DNA from: Euglena gracilis
Lineage: Eukaryota
Length of the DNA: 64,000 nt
Direction: 5' to 3'
Assembly (NCBI GenBank): GCA_039621445.1
Contig: CP154954.1
Location: 806,001-870,000 of the forward strand
Shown here: one piece after another, positions 1-31,467 of the stretch
Layout: every line of letters starts with the position of its first letter
Position numbering within the stretch: the first letter of the stretch is position 1
The notes under the pieces: generated by a model
Told to the model about the DNA's origin: nothing
The model's database searches: none
What the model saw: the letters and a program-made list of their open reading frames with translations, nothing else
Position numbers and translations under genes: made by a program

Positions 1-211
1 CTATTCCTGGTATATAAGCTGTAACTTCTAACCCTGAAGAAAGTCTTACCCTTGTTACTTTGCGCAAGGCGGAATTTGGTTTTTTTGGTGTTGTTGTGTA
101 AACCCGCATGCATATTGCGCGTTTTTGCGGGCATCCTTTTAATGCTGGTGATTTAGTTTTTCGTTTTATTTTTTTTCTCGGTGAGCGTGTTAATTGTTCT
201 ATTGTAGGCAT
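1..211 (-). CDS. rps12: Ribosomal protein S12, 5' part, truncated by window edge
   Basis: Matches 36332-36542, which is the start of the full rps12 ORF ([14 protein letters not shown]...). Confidence 0.95.
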   Translation of the reverse strand, partial: MPTIEQLTRSPRKKIKRKTKSPALKGCPQKRAICMRVYTTTPKKPNSALRKVTRVRLSSGLEVTAYIPGI

Positions 212-987
212 TTTAGTTTTTTATTCTATTTTAGGGTAATATTTATTTTGCTTTAAAATATTTTTATCTATTTTTTCTTGCGTTTTTTTTTTTAATCATC
301 TTTTTGTTATGTGCGTAGGTTTTCTTTCGAAATAACAATTTATAAATTTACTTTTTTATATTTATATTTATATTCTAAAAAGAATTCTTTTTTTCATCAT
401 AAATTTTTACTATTACATAGGTTATGTTTGATTTAGTTATTAGTTTTAATTTCTTTATTTTTTCAAATTTCCCAATGCATTAAAATGTTTTACTAATACG
501 TATTTATTATTTTTATTTTTATAGTTTTGTATGATACATTATTATACATATTTTATCTATGCACGTATATTTTTTCCTACTCGTTTTTTGTATGATAAAT
601 AGAATATTAAAATATATTCTTTATTTTTACGTTTTAATCGTAAGTAATTTTCTTCGCTATTTAAAATTTTTGATATATTATTTCTTTTTTTTTCCCAATA
701 TTAATTCTAAAAAATCAGGATATGAAAAAGCCTAATATGAATTTCTTTTTTATAATTTTTAATAATTTACTTTTTTTTGTCTTCTTTTATTGCAGTAATT
801 TTGAAATTTCTTAGGTTAGCTATTTCTTGGTCATAATCTTATTTCAATATTTTTAATGCAGATTTTCCTTTTACTTGTTTTAAAAACCAACAAAATAATT
901 TTTTATCATATTATTTCCGGAAGTAGTTTTTTTTATTACCATATTACCCATTCGTTCGATAGTAAGAATTTTTCCTTTTTTTGGATT

Positions 988-1362
988 TCATAAGTTAATT
1001 CCTGTTGATTTCATAATAGGTTTTGATAAATGACTGAATGATTTAGAATCTCTAACGTTTATTTCAGAAAGTAGTTTTTTGTTTACATAGGTTTTCGTTT
1101 TTCTAAGAAAAGATACGAAAATATTATATTTTTCATTTATGGTTAGATAGTATTTTAGTCCACCATTTATTCTTGTTATCCACAATGTTTTATTTAGATT
1201 TTTTTTTTTTTTTTTGTTATAAAAAGCATAGTGTCTAGCTTTCATTAACTGTTGATTTCCTGTTCGAAAAAGTTTCGAATGTCCTCCAACCCATCCTTTC
1301 ATTTTTGATATTTTTCTTTTTCGCTTTTTTTTACTTATACCATTATTTTTGATTCGTGTCAT
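988..1362 (-). CDS. rpl20: Ribosomal protein L20 (copy A)
   Basis: MTRIK...KGWVGGHS...LWITRIN L20 motifs; a local poly-A difference (NK vs DR) relative to the other copies. Confidence 0.93.
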   Translation of the reverse strand: MTRIKNNGISKKKRKRKISKMKGWVGGHSKLFRTGNQQLMKARHYAFYNKKKKKNLNKTLWITRINGGLKYYLTINEKYNIFVSFLRKTKTYVNKKLLSEINVRDSKSFSHLSKPIMKSTGINL

Positions 1363-1631
1363 ATGTATTTTGTTGATTAAAGTATTCCTAGAAATTAAAT
1401 TTTAAACATAATTCCTTTTGAATTTTTTACCTCTTTTATTGTATGTTTTACTTTAGATTATTTTATTTTTGTACTTTTTTTTGCACTAACAAAATTTTTT
1501 TCAGAATAATAATAATGATGGTTAGCTTTCTACAAACTTGCGTAATGTTTTTTTTAATAAAAATTCACATTTTTATTATAATGAAGTCTGTTTTTTTGTC
1601 ACTATTTATATATTATGTTATTATTATTCTT

Positions 1632-1793
1632 ATGTTGATATTAAAAGTATTTGTATACGCTTTGATTTTAATTTTTGTTTCATTATTTGTTTTTGGACTT
1701 TTGTCTAACGATCCTGGTCGTAACCCATATGATGATACAGGCGAGTTAATGAGGGAAGTCTTTTATAAAGATCCTTATAAAGGACCTTTATAA
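1632..1793 (+). CDS. psbI: Photosystem II protein I, 53 aa (copy A)
   Basis: MLILKVFVY...[14 protein letters not shown] is the PsbI signature; true start is the ATG at 1632 inside the longer ORF 1443-1793. Confidence 0.92.
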   Translation: MLILKVFVYALILIFVSLFVFGLLSNDPGRNPYDDTGELMREVFYKDPYKGPL

Positions 1794-1832
1794 TTTAATA
1801 TTTAATTTTTATTATTATAAATAATAATCTTG

Positions 1833-1859
1833 TTGTATGATTATTTGATAATCATATAA
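1833..1859 (+). terminator. 3' stem-loop downstream of psbI (processing/stability hairpin)
   Basis: ttgtatgattat-ttg-ataatcatataa, a 12-bp inverted repeat with one G-U pair; also present in copies B and C. Confidence 0.55.
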
Positions 1860-1867
1860 TATTTTTA

Positions 1868-1940
1868 GGGATTGTAGTTTAATGGTTAGAGCACCGCCCT
1901 GTCACGGCGGAAGTTGCGGGTTCGAGTCCCGTCAGTCCCG
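1868..1940 (+). tRNA. trnD: tRNA-Asp(GUC) (copy A)
   Basis: GGGATTG...CAGTCCCG acceptor stem, anticodon loop CTGTCAC, GGTTCGAGTCC T-arm. Confidence 0.97.
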
Positions 1941-2009
1941 TTCCCTTTTTTATAAGTTTTTTAAATATTTAGTTTTTTGGATGATAAAATAAAATTTTTA
2001 TAGTTATCC

Positions 2010-2495
2010 ATGGTTGAAACTCTTGTGTGGTTCTATTTATCGCAAAGTTTTATTTGCTTATTGTTTTATTTAAAGAGTATTTATATTTTTTAAGTATTAT
2101 TATTAAAAATAATGTTTAGCTTTAACTATAATTAAAACTTTGAAAATTATTATGTTCATTTTTTGTATTGTGCGTTAATGTTTTTGCGAAAACGTTCACA
2201 GATTTTTATTATTTATTCTTTAAAATACATTTTTATATTAATAATTTTAATATTTAATGAAAAATTTTTTATGACTTAAAAAGTTTATATTTGAAATAGT
2301 TTTTAAGCTGGGTGTTTGTTTATTTTGGCCTCCCTAGTTTTTAGAGAGATAAAAATTATTTTTTCATTTGACTTGGATATAATGTATCTACTTTAATTGT
2401 CAGGTATTATTTTAGGATTAATTCCAATAACTATTTGTGGTTTGTTTTTTACGGCGTATTTACAATATATGCGAAGTGGTAATTCTTTTTATTAA
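2010..2495 (+). CDS. petG: Cytochrome b6/f subunit V, 2 exons (2010-2024, 2397-2495), group II intron ~2025-2396
   Basis: Spliced [37 protein letters not shown] (37 aa); intron starts GTGTG and ends in a domain VI stem with bulged A. Confidence 0.9.
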
Positions 2496-2542
2496 ATAAA
2501 ACTTAAGTTCTAATTACATTTATAATTTATTTAACTTTAAGT

Positions 2543-2615
2543 GAGTTGGTAGCTCAGTTGGTAGAGCACTCGGCTTTTAACCGATCGGTCCTGGGTTCGA
2601 ATCCCAGCCAACTCA
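2543..2615 (+). tRNA. trnK: tRNA-Lys(UUU) (copy A)
   Basis: GAGTTGG...CCAACTCA cloverleaf, anticodon loop CTTTTAA, intronless. Confidence 0.97.
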
Positions 2616-2632
2616 TTTTTAATTTTGTGTAG

Positions 2633-6311
<3,679 letters not shown>

Positions 6312-6322
6312 TTATATCTTAA

Positions 6323-11583
<5,261 letters not shown>

Positions 11584-11667
11584 TAAAAATTTTTTACTTA
11601 TTATTTGTTAATTAATGATTTTAGAATATAGTAATTGTTATGTTTTATTTTTAAAGGGAAATTTAAT

Positions 11668-12589
11668 ATGGCAGGCTCAACAGGAGAACGTCCTTTTTCT
11701 GATATTGTGCGCGTTGGAATATACATTTTTTATTATCAAATATTTTATTAATATCCTTTGAGATAAACGTGTAAGTTTAATAAGTAAAATTCTTTTTTGA
11801 TCTTTTTTTATTATCTTATTATTTAGTTTATATAATTTTTGAAATAATTTTTTAAGTATTTCCTTGAAAGTTTAACAATAATTATTACTATTTTTTATTT
11901 TTTTAAAATTAAATATTAACATTGTTTATTTTTTTATATAAGTAAAATAAAATTTGTTTTATATTTTTTAATTTTATTTTAAATTTTCAATCCGTATACA
12001 GCTCAAGTGTATTTGTTTGTACGGTTTTGGTATGAGCTTTGGAAGTTTAATTTCATATTACTAGTATTCGTTATTGGGTAATTCATGTGTGTATTTTCTT
12101 AATATTAAATGTTTTAAAAATTTTAATAATCAAATGTTTTTCTTGTGAATGAAATAAATTGCAGATTATTTTTGATTTTACTTAACAAAAAAATTTTTTA
12201 TTTTTATATTTTTGCACCTAAATAATACGTGTTTATTTTAGGGATTTTTTATTTTATATTTTGTTTACTAAATTTTAATATTTTGTAAAACTGTTATTTA
12301 TTTTGTTTGGTTTTCCTTAGATAACAGAAGATTATTTTATTATAAGCTGTTTTTGTATAGTTCATTCCAACAGTTTTTAAACAAAAACTTTTTCTATTGT
12401 TTTTAGTTTTATAGTGTAACTATACCGTCATTATTTGTTGGAGGTTGGATTTTTGTAAGCACGGGAATTGTTTATGACATTTTTGGTACACCTCGTCCAA
12501 GCGAATATTTTACAGAAACAAGACAACAAGCTCCTTTAATTTCTGATCGTTTCAATGCTTTAGAACAAATGGATCAATTTACTAAATAA
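11668..12589 (+). CDS. psbE: Cytochrome b559 alpha, 3 exons, 2 group II introns (copy A)
   Basis: [35 protein letters not shown]...; introns start GTGCG and GTGTG. Confidence 0.93.
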
Positions 12590-12594
12590 AATTT

Positions 12595-13763
<1,169 letters not shown>

Positions 13764-13870
13764 CCTTTAAAATTTTGTTAAAATAAAGTGTAAAGTTTTG
13801 TTTAAAGTTATACTTTTTTATATTTTTTAATCTAAGGTTTAACATATTTTTTTATTATAAATTATTTATT

Positions 13871-13987
13871 ATGGCACAAACAAATTCAAATAAAAAAACA
13901 GTCGAATTAAATAGGACAAGTTTATACTGGGGACTATTATTAATTTTTGTTTTGGCTGTTCTATTTTCTAGTTATATCTTTAATTAG
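13871..13987 (+). CDS. psbL: Photosystem II protein L (copy A)
   Basis: [38 protein letters not shown]. Confidence 0.95.
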   Translation: MAQTNSNKKTVELNRTSLYWGLLLIFVLAVLFSSYIFN

Positions 13988-14075
13988 TTATTATTAATTA
14001 AAGTCTGCTTCTTGAAGCAAATATTTTTGTAGTATTTTTTTTTAACATTTTTTTATTATTTTGGGAGAAATATTT

Positions 14076-14204
14076 ATGTCTAATTCAGAAAATACAGGTA
14101 GAATTCCACTTTGGTTAGTTCTTACAATAATCGGTTTAGCAGCGATTGCACTTCTTGCTCTTTTTTTTTATGGCTCTTATTCGGGTTTAGGTTCTTCTTT
14201 ATAA
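14076..14204 (+). CDS. psbJ: Photosystem II protein J (copy A)
   Basis: [20 protein letters not shown]...[18 protein letters not shown] upstream. Confidence 0.95.
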   Translation: MSNSENTGRIPLWLVLTIIGLAAIALLALFFYGSYSGLGSSL

Positions 14205-14244
14205 GTTTTTTATAATACTTTTATATTCTTAATATATATTTTAG

Positions 14245-14276
14245 TTTATTCGGTAATTAATATATTATCGAATAAA
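14245..14276 (+). terminator. Stem-loop at the 3' end of the psaA-psbJ cluster
   Basis: tttattcggtaat-taatat-attatcgaataaa inverted repeat followed by a T-run. Confidence 0.6.
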
Positions 14277-14352
14277 TTTTTCTAAATTTTTATAATTTAA
14301 AAAAGGTTATTATTTCCTTGTTTTTTTTTTGTTAGTATTTTGTTTACTTTAT

Positions 14353-14865
14353 ATGTTTTATTTTATTTCTAGAAAATTTTATGATCAGTTTAAGTATGGG
14401 TGTGTTCTTATATTTTTTTTTATAATATATTTATTTTTTTTTTTAATGTTATTTTTTTTTTGAATATTTATAAATACTTTTGATTTTTTTTTAAATTTAA
14501 AATTTTGACTGATAATACTAATAAACTTTTAAAAAATAATGTTTATACTTTTGATGTGATATTAATGTTTGAATGTTTCTAGCTGTTTAGTTTTGTTTTT
14601 TATCTTTATTTTTTACTTTTTTTTTTGTGTTTTTTAAGAAAAGGAAAAAATCTTATTGAACTGCTTTTTAGTGTTTACTTTTAATTTTTGTAAATTTATC
14701 GTTCAAATTTTTGAGGGTATGAAAAAATTTATAAAGAATTTTTAAATAGTGAGATTATATTATATTATTGGGATAAATATTGTTTTTTTAATTCTTTTTG
14801 TTTAATCTTTTAAGGATTTTAATCAATTTATATATTTAAACAATTCCTTTTTTCTGTCTCAGTAA
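14353..14865 (+). other. rpl23: Degraded rendering of rpl23 approaching the fold apex
   Basis: Collinear with clean copy 50915-51521 but with increasing deletions and substitutions. Confidence 0.7.
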
Positions 14866-15249
14866 TTTGTTTTAGTAGTGGCATTTAAGGTGAGTTTATT
14901 TTGTTAAATATTTAGTTTTTTTTACCTAATTTTTTAAGATTCTGTATGTTTAATTTTATATTTTTTGATATCGTTATTATATAATCAACTCGTAAGTTCT
15001 GTATTTTTAACAAATCTTGTATTTTTTTTTGATTGAAATTTTATTAACAACGAGGAATAGAAAAAAAATTACAACGTTACGAGTCATATATGTTTGTATC
15101 GATAATTATAAAAAATTAGTAAACTATTAAAGTTATTATAAATAACATCGAAAAATTAGAATTAAAAAATTTTAAAAAAAAAAAATTTATAAAAATTAAA
15201 AAAAATTAGTAAAAAAGTGAAAAAAATAAAAAAAAACTAAAAAAATTAA

Positions 15250-16331
15250 AAGAAAGAAAAAAACAAAAAATAAAAAGATTTAAAGTTTATAATAAATTGA
15301 AAAATTTAAAAGAAATTCAAAAAAAGAATATAATTGAAAACAAAAGTATATTTATGGGGCATATAATAAAATATAATAATATAATCACTAATTTAATAAA
15401 ACATTCTTTTATAATATTTTTTCATACCCTCAAAATTATTTGAACGATATATATTTATACTAGATACATAGCTATTAACAGTAAAACCTAAGGTTTCAAT
15501 AAGATCTTAAATTGCCTTTTACTTATGAAGTTATAAAATACTAAAAAAATAAAAGTAATTAATTAAAATTTAAACAAAAACTAAAACTATTAAAGCTACT
15601 AAACATTCAATTTGTATTCAACATCAAAAGTATAAACATTATTTTTTAAAAGTTTATTAGTCTTATCGGTCAAAATTTGAGATTTAAAAAAATCAAAAGT
15701 ATTTATAAATATTCAAAAAAAAATTAAATTAAAAAAAAAAATAAATAAATATTATAAAAAAAAAAATATAGAACACACCCATACTTAAACTTATCATAAA
15801 ATTTTCTAGAAATAAAATAAAACATATAAAGTAAACAAATACTAACAAACAAACAACAAGGAAATAATAACCATTTTTAAATTATAAAAATTAAGAAAAA
15901 TTTATTCGATAATATATAATTTTACCGAATAACTCATATATATTAAGAATATAAGAAAGGGTATTTATATCCCAAATAGCGTTCATAAGAAGTAACCTTA
16001 ACCTCATAAGGAGCCATAAAAAAACTCATAGAGTCAAGAATTGCAATCGTGCTTCTAAACACCGGATTATTGTAGACTACTAACCAAGTATTCTATCTTG
16101 TATGTTTTCTGACAATGACATATCAATATTGTCTCCAAAATAATACTTAAAATTAAAAAAAAATTACTACAAAAATATTTGCTTCAAGAAGCAGACTTTA
16201 TTAATAATAACTAAATAAAGATATAACTAAACCATATAAAAACAAAAACAAAAATTAATAATAATCCCCAGTATAAACTTTGTCTATTAATTCGAACTTG
16301 TTTTTTTTTATTTTGAATTTGTTTGTGGCAA
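15250..16331 (-). other. Heavily corrupted copies of psbL (~16211-16331), psbJ (~15983-16121) and rpl23 (~15250-15825)
   Basis: Recognisable reverse-complement fragments of 57247-57580 and 56491-57098 with many indels. Confidence 0.7.
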
Positions 16332-16483
16332 TAATAAATAAGTGATAAATAAAAAAATATGTTTAAAACCACACACCCCCACCGACACCCCCCCCTTAGA
16401 ATTAAAAAATATAAAAAGTATAAACTTTAATACAATTGAAACAAAACTTTTACACTTTATTTTAACAAAATTTTAAAAGGTTT

Positions 16484-17738
16484 TTAACGTTGAATAAATT
16501 GGCATTGCAGAAATAGATCCCTAAAAAAAAAAAAAATACTGTAGGAATAGCCAAAGCATGAACAGCTAACCAACGAAAAATGTAAAATATAGGATATATC
16601 TAGTATCATTAGGTAAATATAATAATTTTTTTTTTAATTAATTATTTTTCCTATAAAAAACTGCACGAGGAAAAAGAATAGATTATAAAAAAAGTCTTTC
16701 ATACAAAAAACGTACATGATATTTTCAAATCATACGGGCTAGTCAATTAAAATTAAAAAATATAAAATTTTAATACAAAAATTTCAAATTAAAAACTTAA
16801 AAAAACTACTAAAACTTATGAATTGATAAGTATTCTTATTAAAAATTTTTGCACTAACAAATAATTAATTTTTTTTTTTTTAAAATAATATTTTTTAATA
16901 ATAATTGTGATAAAAAAAAAAATTTTTTATTAAATTTTTTTTTAATTATTAAAAAATATAATTATACATCATCCCCAATAATACTTTTTTTAATACCTTC
17001 TTCGTCCCTTTTTTTTTTAATATGCTTTCGTTAAAATGCGTCTCTTCAACCAAAGTAATAAAAAAATAAATAAATTAAGAGTATACTGTGTTTAATTAAT
17101 AAACTAACATTTAATAAATTATTAAGGAAAAAAAAAATAAGATAATGATGTTTTTTTTTAATTATAAACATTTCGTTACTCTATTCAAAAATCCTTTCTA
17201 AAAAAAAAAAAAAGCAAAAAAAATTAATAAAAAGCAACCAATAATATTTCTTCAATTAAAATTTAATAATAGTAAAAACCAGGGATTTTAACCTACAAAA
17301 AAAAGTACTAGTATAACACTATATATAAATAAACGAAATCACACATCACTTTCATATCATAAAGCTTGCCAATTTAAATATAATCGATAAACTGTGAATA
17401 TATATATATATTGATTTTCTTAAATTATTTTAAGAATATAAACGCATTTTTCATATTTTATTAATAAAAAAAGACCCCTTTCTTTAAAAACGAAATAAAA
17501 AAGTTATCATTATTTCATCTAAAACAAGAACAAAATTTCAATACTCTTAAAAAAATTGAAATAAAAAATACTGTTTTATACACTTTCAAAAATTATTTAG
17601 TATATTTTTTTTACTAAAATCCTGAAATAAGTCTTACTTGAAGGATTTTTTAATTTTTTGAAATTAGACAAAAGTTCAAATCAAATTAAAAATGTATAAA
17701 TTATATAAAAAATGCGTCGTCAGATTATTTGTTGTCAT
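16484..17738 (-). CDS. psbF: Cytochrome b559 beta with twintron (copy B, indel-ridden)
   Basis: Reverse complement of 12595-13763 with homopolymer expansions. Confidence 0.8.
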
Positions 17739-17742
17739 AATT

Positions 17743-18703
17743 TTATTTAGTAAATTGATCCATTTGTTCTAAAGCATTGAAACGATCAGAAATTAAAGGA
17801 GCTTGTTGTCTTGTTTCTGTAAATATTCGCTTGGACGAGGTTTACCCAAAAAAAAAAATGTCATAAACAATTCCCCCGTGCTTACAAAAAATCCAACCTC
17901 CAACAAATAAAGACGGTATAGTTTACACTAATAAAACTAAAAAAACAATAGAAAAAGTTTTTTTGTTTTTAAAAAACTGTTGGAAAATGAACTATACAAA
18001 AAAACAGCTTATAATAAAATAATGTTCTGTTATCTAAGGAAAAACCAAACAAAATAAATAACAGTTTTACAAAATATTAAAAATTTAGTAAAACAAAATA
18101 TAAAAATAAAAAAAAATCCCCTAAAATAAACACGTATTTATTTAGGTGCAAAAATATAAAAAATAAAAAATTTTTTTGTTAAGTAAAATCAAAAATAATC
18201 TGCAATTTATTTTCATTCACAAGAAAAACATTTTGATTATTAAAATTTTTAAAACATTTTAATATTAAGAAAATACACACATGAATTACCCAATAAACGA
18301 ATACTAGTAATATGAAATTAAACTTCCAAAGCTCATACCAAAACCGTAACAAACAAATACACTTGAAGCTGTATACGGATTGAAAATTTAAAATAAAATT
18401 AAAAAATATAAATCAGATTTTCTTTTACTTATATAAAAAAAAAAAATGTTGAGATTTACTTTTTAAAAAACTAAAAAATAGTAATAATTATTGTTAAACT
18501 TTCAAGGAAAATACTTAAAAAAAAAAAAATTATTTTCAAAAAAAAAATATAAAAAAAGATCAAAAAAAGAATTTTTACTTATTAAACTTACACGTTTATC
18601 TCAAATGATATTAATAAAATATTTGATAATAAAAAAAAAATGTATATATTCCAACGCGCACAATATCAGAAAAAAGGACGTTCTCCTGTTTTGAGCCTGC
18701 CAT
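17743..18703 (-). CDS. psbE: Cytochrome b559 alpha (copy B, indel-ridden)
   Basis: Reverse complement of 11668-12589. Confidence 0.8.
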
Positions 18704-18790
18704 AGTTAAATTTCCCCTTTAAAAATAAAAACATAACAATTACTATATTCTAAAATCATTAATTAACAAATAATAAATAAAAAATTTTTA

Positions 18791-24704
<5,914 letters not shown>

Positions 24705-24778
24705 AATTTCGACCTCCTTTATAAATAAAAAACTTTCATTTAGACCGTTTTTACTATTTAATAGTTTTTAAGATATAA

Positions 24779-28591
<3,813 letters not shown>

Positions 28592-28608
28592 CTACACAAA
28601 ATTAAAAA

Positions 28609-28681
28609 TGAGTTGGCTGGGATTCGAACCCAGGACCGATCGGTTAAAAGCCGAGTGCTCTACCAACTGAGCTACCAACTC
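28609..28681 (-). tRNA. trnK: tRNA-Lys(UUU) (copy B)
   Basis: Reverse complement of 2543-2615. Confidence 0.97.
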
Positions 28682-28728
28682 ACTTAAAGTTAAATAAATT
28701 ATAAATGTAATTAGAACTTAAGTTTTAT

Positions 28729-29214
28729 TTAATAAAAAGAATTACCACTTCGCATATATTGTAAATACGCCGTAAAAAACAAACCACAAATAGTTATTGG
28801 AATTAATCCTAAAATAATACCTGACAATTAAAGTAGATACATTATATCCAAGTCAAATGAAAAAATAATTTTTATCTCTCTAAAAACTAGGGAGGCCAAA
28901 ATAAACAAACACCCAGCTTAAAAACTATTTCAAATATAAACTTTTTAAGTCATAAAAAATTTTTCATTAAATATTAAAATTATTAATATAAAAATGTATT
29001 TTAAAGAATAAATAATAAAAATCTGTGAACGTTTTCGCAAAAACATTAACGCACAATACAAAAAATGAACATAATAATTTTCAAAGTTTTAATTATAGTT
29101 AAAGCTAAACATTATTTTTAATAATAATACTTAAAAAATATAAATACTCTTTAAATAAAACAATAAGCAAATAAAACTTTGCGATAAATAGAACCACACA
29201 AGAGTTTCAACCAT
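28729..29214 (-). CDS. petG: Cytochrome b6/f subunit V, intron-split (copy B)
   Basis: Reverse complement of 2010-2495. Confidence 0.9.
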
Positions 29215-29283
29215 GGATAACTATAAAAATTTTATTTTATCATCCAAAAAACTAAATATTTAAAAAACTTATAAAAAAGGGAA

Positions 29284-29356
29284 CGGGACTGACGGGACTC
29301 GAACCCGCAACTTCCGCCGTGACAGGGCGGTGCTCTAACCATTAAACTACAATCCC
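29284..29356 (-). tRNA. trnD: tRNA-Asp(GUC) (copy B)
   Basis: Reverse complement of 1868-1940. Confidence 0.97.
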
Positions 29357-29430
29357 TAAAAATATTATATGATTATCAAATAATCATACAACAAGATTAT
29401 TATTTATAATAATAAAAATTAAATATTAAA

Positions 29431-29592
29431 TTATAAAGGTCCTTTATAAGGATCTTTATAAAAGACTTCCCTCATTAACTCGCCTGTATCATCATATGGG
29501 TTACGACCAGGATCGTTAGACAAAAGTCCAAAAACAAATAATGAAACAAAAATTAAAATCAAAGCGTATACAAATACTTTTAATATCAACAT
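29431..29592 (-). CDS. psbI: Photosystem II protein I (copy B)
   Basis: Reverse complement of 1632-1793. Confidence 0.92.
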   Translation of the reverse strand: MLILKVFVYALILIFVSLFVFGLLSNDPGRNPYDDTGELMREVFYKDPYKGPL

Positions 29593-29861
29593 AAGAATAA
29601 TAATAACATAATATATAAATAGTGACAAAAAAACAGACTTCATTATAATAAAAATGTGAATTTTTATTAAAAAAAACATTACGCAAGTTTGTAGAAAGCT
29701 AACCATCATTATTATTATTCTGAAAAAAATTTTGTTAGTGCAAAAAAAAGTACAAAAATAAAATAATCTAAAGTAAAACATACAATAAAAGAGGTAAAAA
29801 ATTCAAAAGGAATTATGTTTAAAATTTAATTTCTAGGAATACTTTAATCAACAAAATACAT

Positions 29862-30236
29862 ATGACACGAATCAAAAATAATGGTATAAGTAAAAAAAAG
29901 CGAAAAAGAAAAATATCAAAAATGAAAGGATGGGTTGGAGGACATTCGAAACTTTTTCGAACAGGAAATCAACAGTTAATGAAAGCTAGACACTATGCTT
30001 TTTATGACCGAAAAAAAAAAAAAAATCTAAATAAAACATTGTGGATAACAAGAATAAATGGTGGACTAAAATACTATCTAACCATAAATGAAAAATATAA
30101 TATTTTCGTATCTTTTCTTAGAAAAACGAAAACCTATGTAAACAAAAAACTACTTTCTGAAATAAACGTTAGAGATTCTAAATCATTCAGTCATTTATCA
30201 AAACCTATTATGAAATCAACAGGAATTAACTTATGA
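29862..30236 (+). CDS. rpl20: Ribosomal protein L20 (copy B)
   Basis: 124-aa ORF with L20 motifs. Confidence 0.95.
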   Translation: MTRIKNNGISKKKRKRKISKMKGWVGGHSKLFRTGNQQLMKARHYAFYDRKKKKNLNKTLWITRINGGLKYYLTINEKYNIFVSFLRKTKTYVNKKLLSEINVRDSKSFSHLSKPIMKSTGINL

Positions 30237-31012
30237 AATCCAAAAAAAGGAAAAATTCTTACTATCGAACGAATGGGTAATATGGTAATAAAAAAAACTA
30301 CTTCCGGAAATAATATGATAAAAAATTATTTTGTTGGTTTTTAAAACAAGTAAAAGGAAAATCTGCATTAAAAATATTGAAATAAGATTATGACCAAGAA
30401 ATAGCTAACCTAAGAAATTTCAAAATTACTGCAATAAAAGAAGACAAAAAAAAGTAAATTATTAAAAATTATAAAAAAGAAATTCATATTAGGCTTTTTC
30501 ATATCCTGATTTTTTAGAATTAATATTGGGAAAAAAAAAGAAATAATATATCAAAAATTTTAAATAGCGAAGAAAATTACTTACGATTAAAACGTAAAAA
30601 TAAAGAATATATTTTAATATTCTATTTATCATACAAAAAACGAGTAGGAAAAAATATACGTGCATAGATAAAATATGTATAATAATGTATCATACAAAAC
30701 TATAAAAATAAAAATAATAAATACGTATTAGTAAAACATTTTAATGCATTGGGAAATTTGAAAAAATAAAGAAATTAAAACTAATAACTAAATCAAACAT
30801 AACCTATGTAATAGTAAAAATTTATGATGAAAAAAAAAATTCTTTTTAAAATATAAATATAAATATAAAAAAGTAAATTTATAAATTGTTATTTCGAAAG
30901 AAAACCTACGCACATAACAAAAAGATGATTAAAAAAAAAAACGCAAGAAAAAATAGATAAAAATATTTTAAAGCAAAATAAATATTACCCTAAAATAGAA
31001 TAAAAAACTAAA

Positions 31013-31390
31013 ATGCCTACAATAGAACAATTAACACGCTCACCGAGAAAAAAAATAAAACGAAAAACTAAATCACCAGCATTAAAAGGATGCCCGCAAA
31101 AACGCGCAATATGCATGCGGGTTTACACAACAACACCAAAAAAACCAAATTCCGCCTTGCGCAAAGTAACAAGGGTAAGACTTTCTTCAGGGTTAGAAGT
31201 TACAGCTTATATACCAGGAATAGGGCATAATTTACAAGAACATTCAGTAGTCCTTATCAGAGGTGGAAGAGTTAAAGATTTACCAGGAGTAAAGTACCAC
31301 GTAATACGTGGATGTTTAGACGCAGCAAGTGTAAAAAATCGCAAAAATGCAAGATCTAAATACGGTGTAAAAAAACCAAAACCCAAATAA
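31013..31390 (+). CDS. rps12: Ribosomal protein S12 (copy B)
   Basis: [13 protein letters not shown] and [10 protein letters not shown] motifs; intronless. Confidence 0.98.
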   Translation: MPTIEQLTRSPRKKIKRKTKSPALKGCPQKRAICMRVYTTTPKKPNSALRKVTRVRLSSGLEVTAYIPGIGHNLQEHSVVLIRGGRVKDLPGVKYHVIRGCLDAASVKNRKNARSKYGVKKPKPK

Positions 31391-31467
31391 AACCAACCCA
31401 AATTAACTAAAATAAAACACTAAAGTTGAAAAAGAAATTTAGAAAAATAGAAATTTAACTTATATAT

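Noticed and set aside
1443-1631. Hydrophobic 63-aa N-terminal extension of the psbI ORF
   Set aside because: T-rich intergenic DNA lacking stops by chance; PsbI homology starts at the ATG at 1632.
2170-2372. Possible nested intron in petG (internal GTGCG and two apparent 3' hairpins)
   Set aside because: The whole 3' region folds as one domain VI (ttagag-agata...tatct-A-ctttaa), and the putative insert (~200 nt) is too short for a group II intron.
31120-31290. Streptomycin-resistance changes in rps12
   Set aside because: The PKKPNSA and RVKDLPG motifs are wild type.
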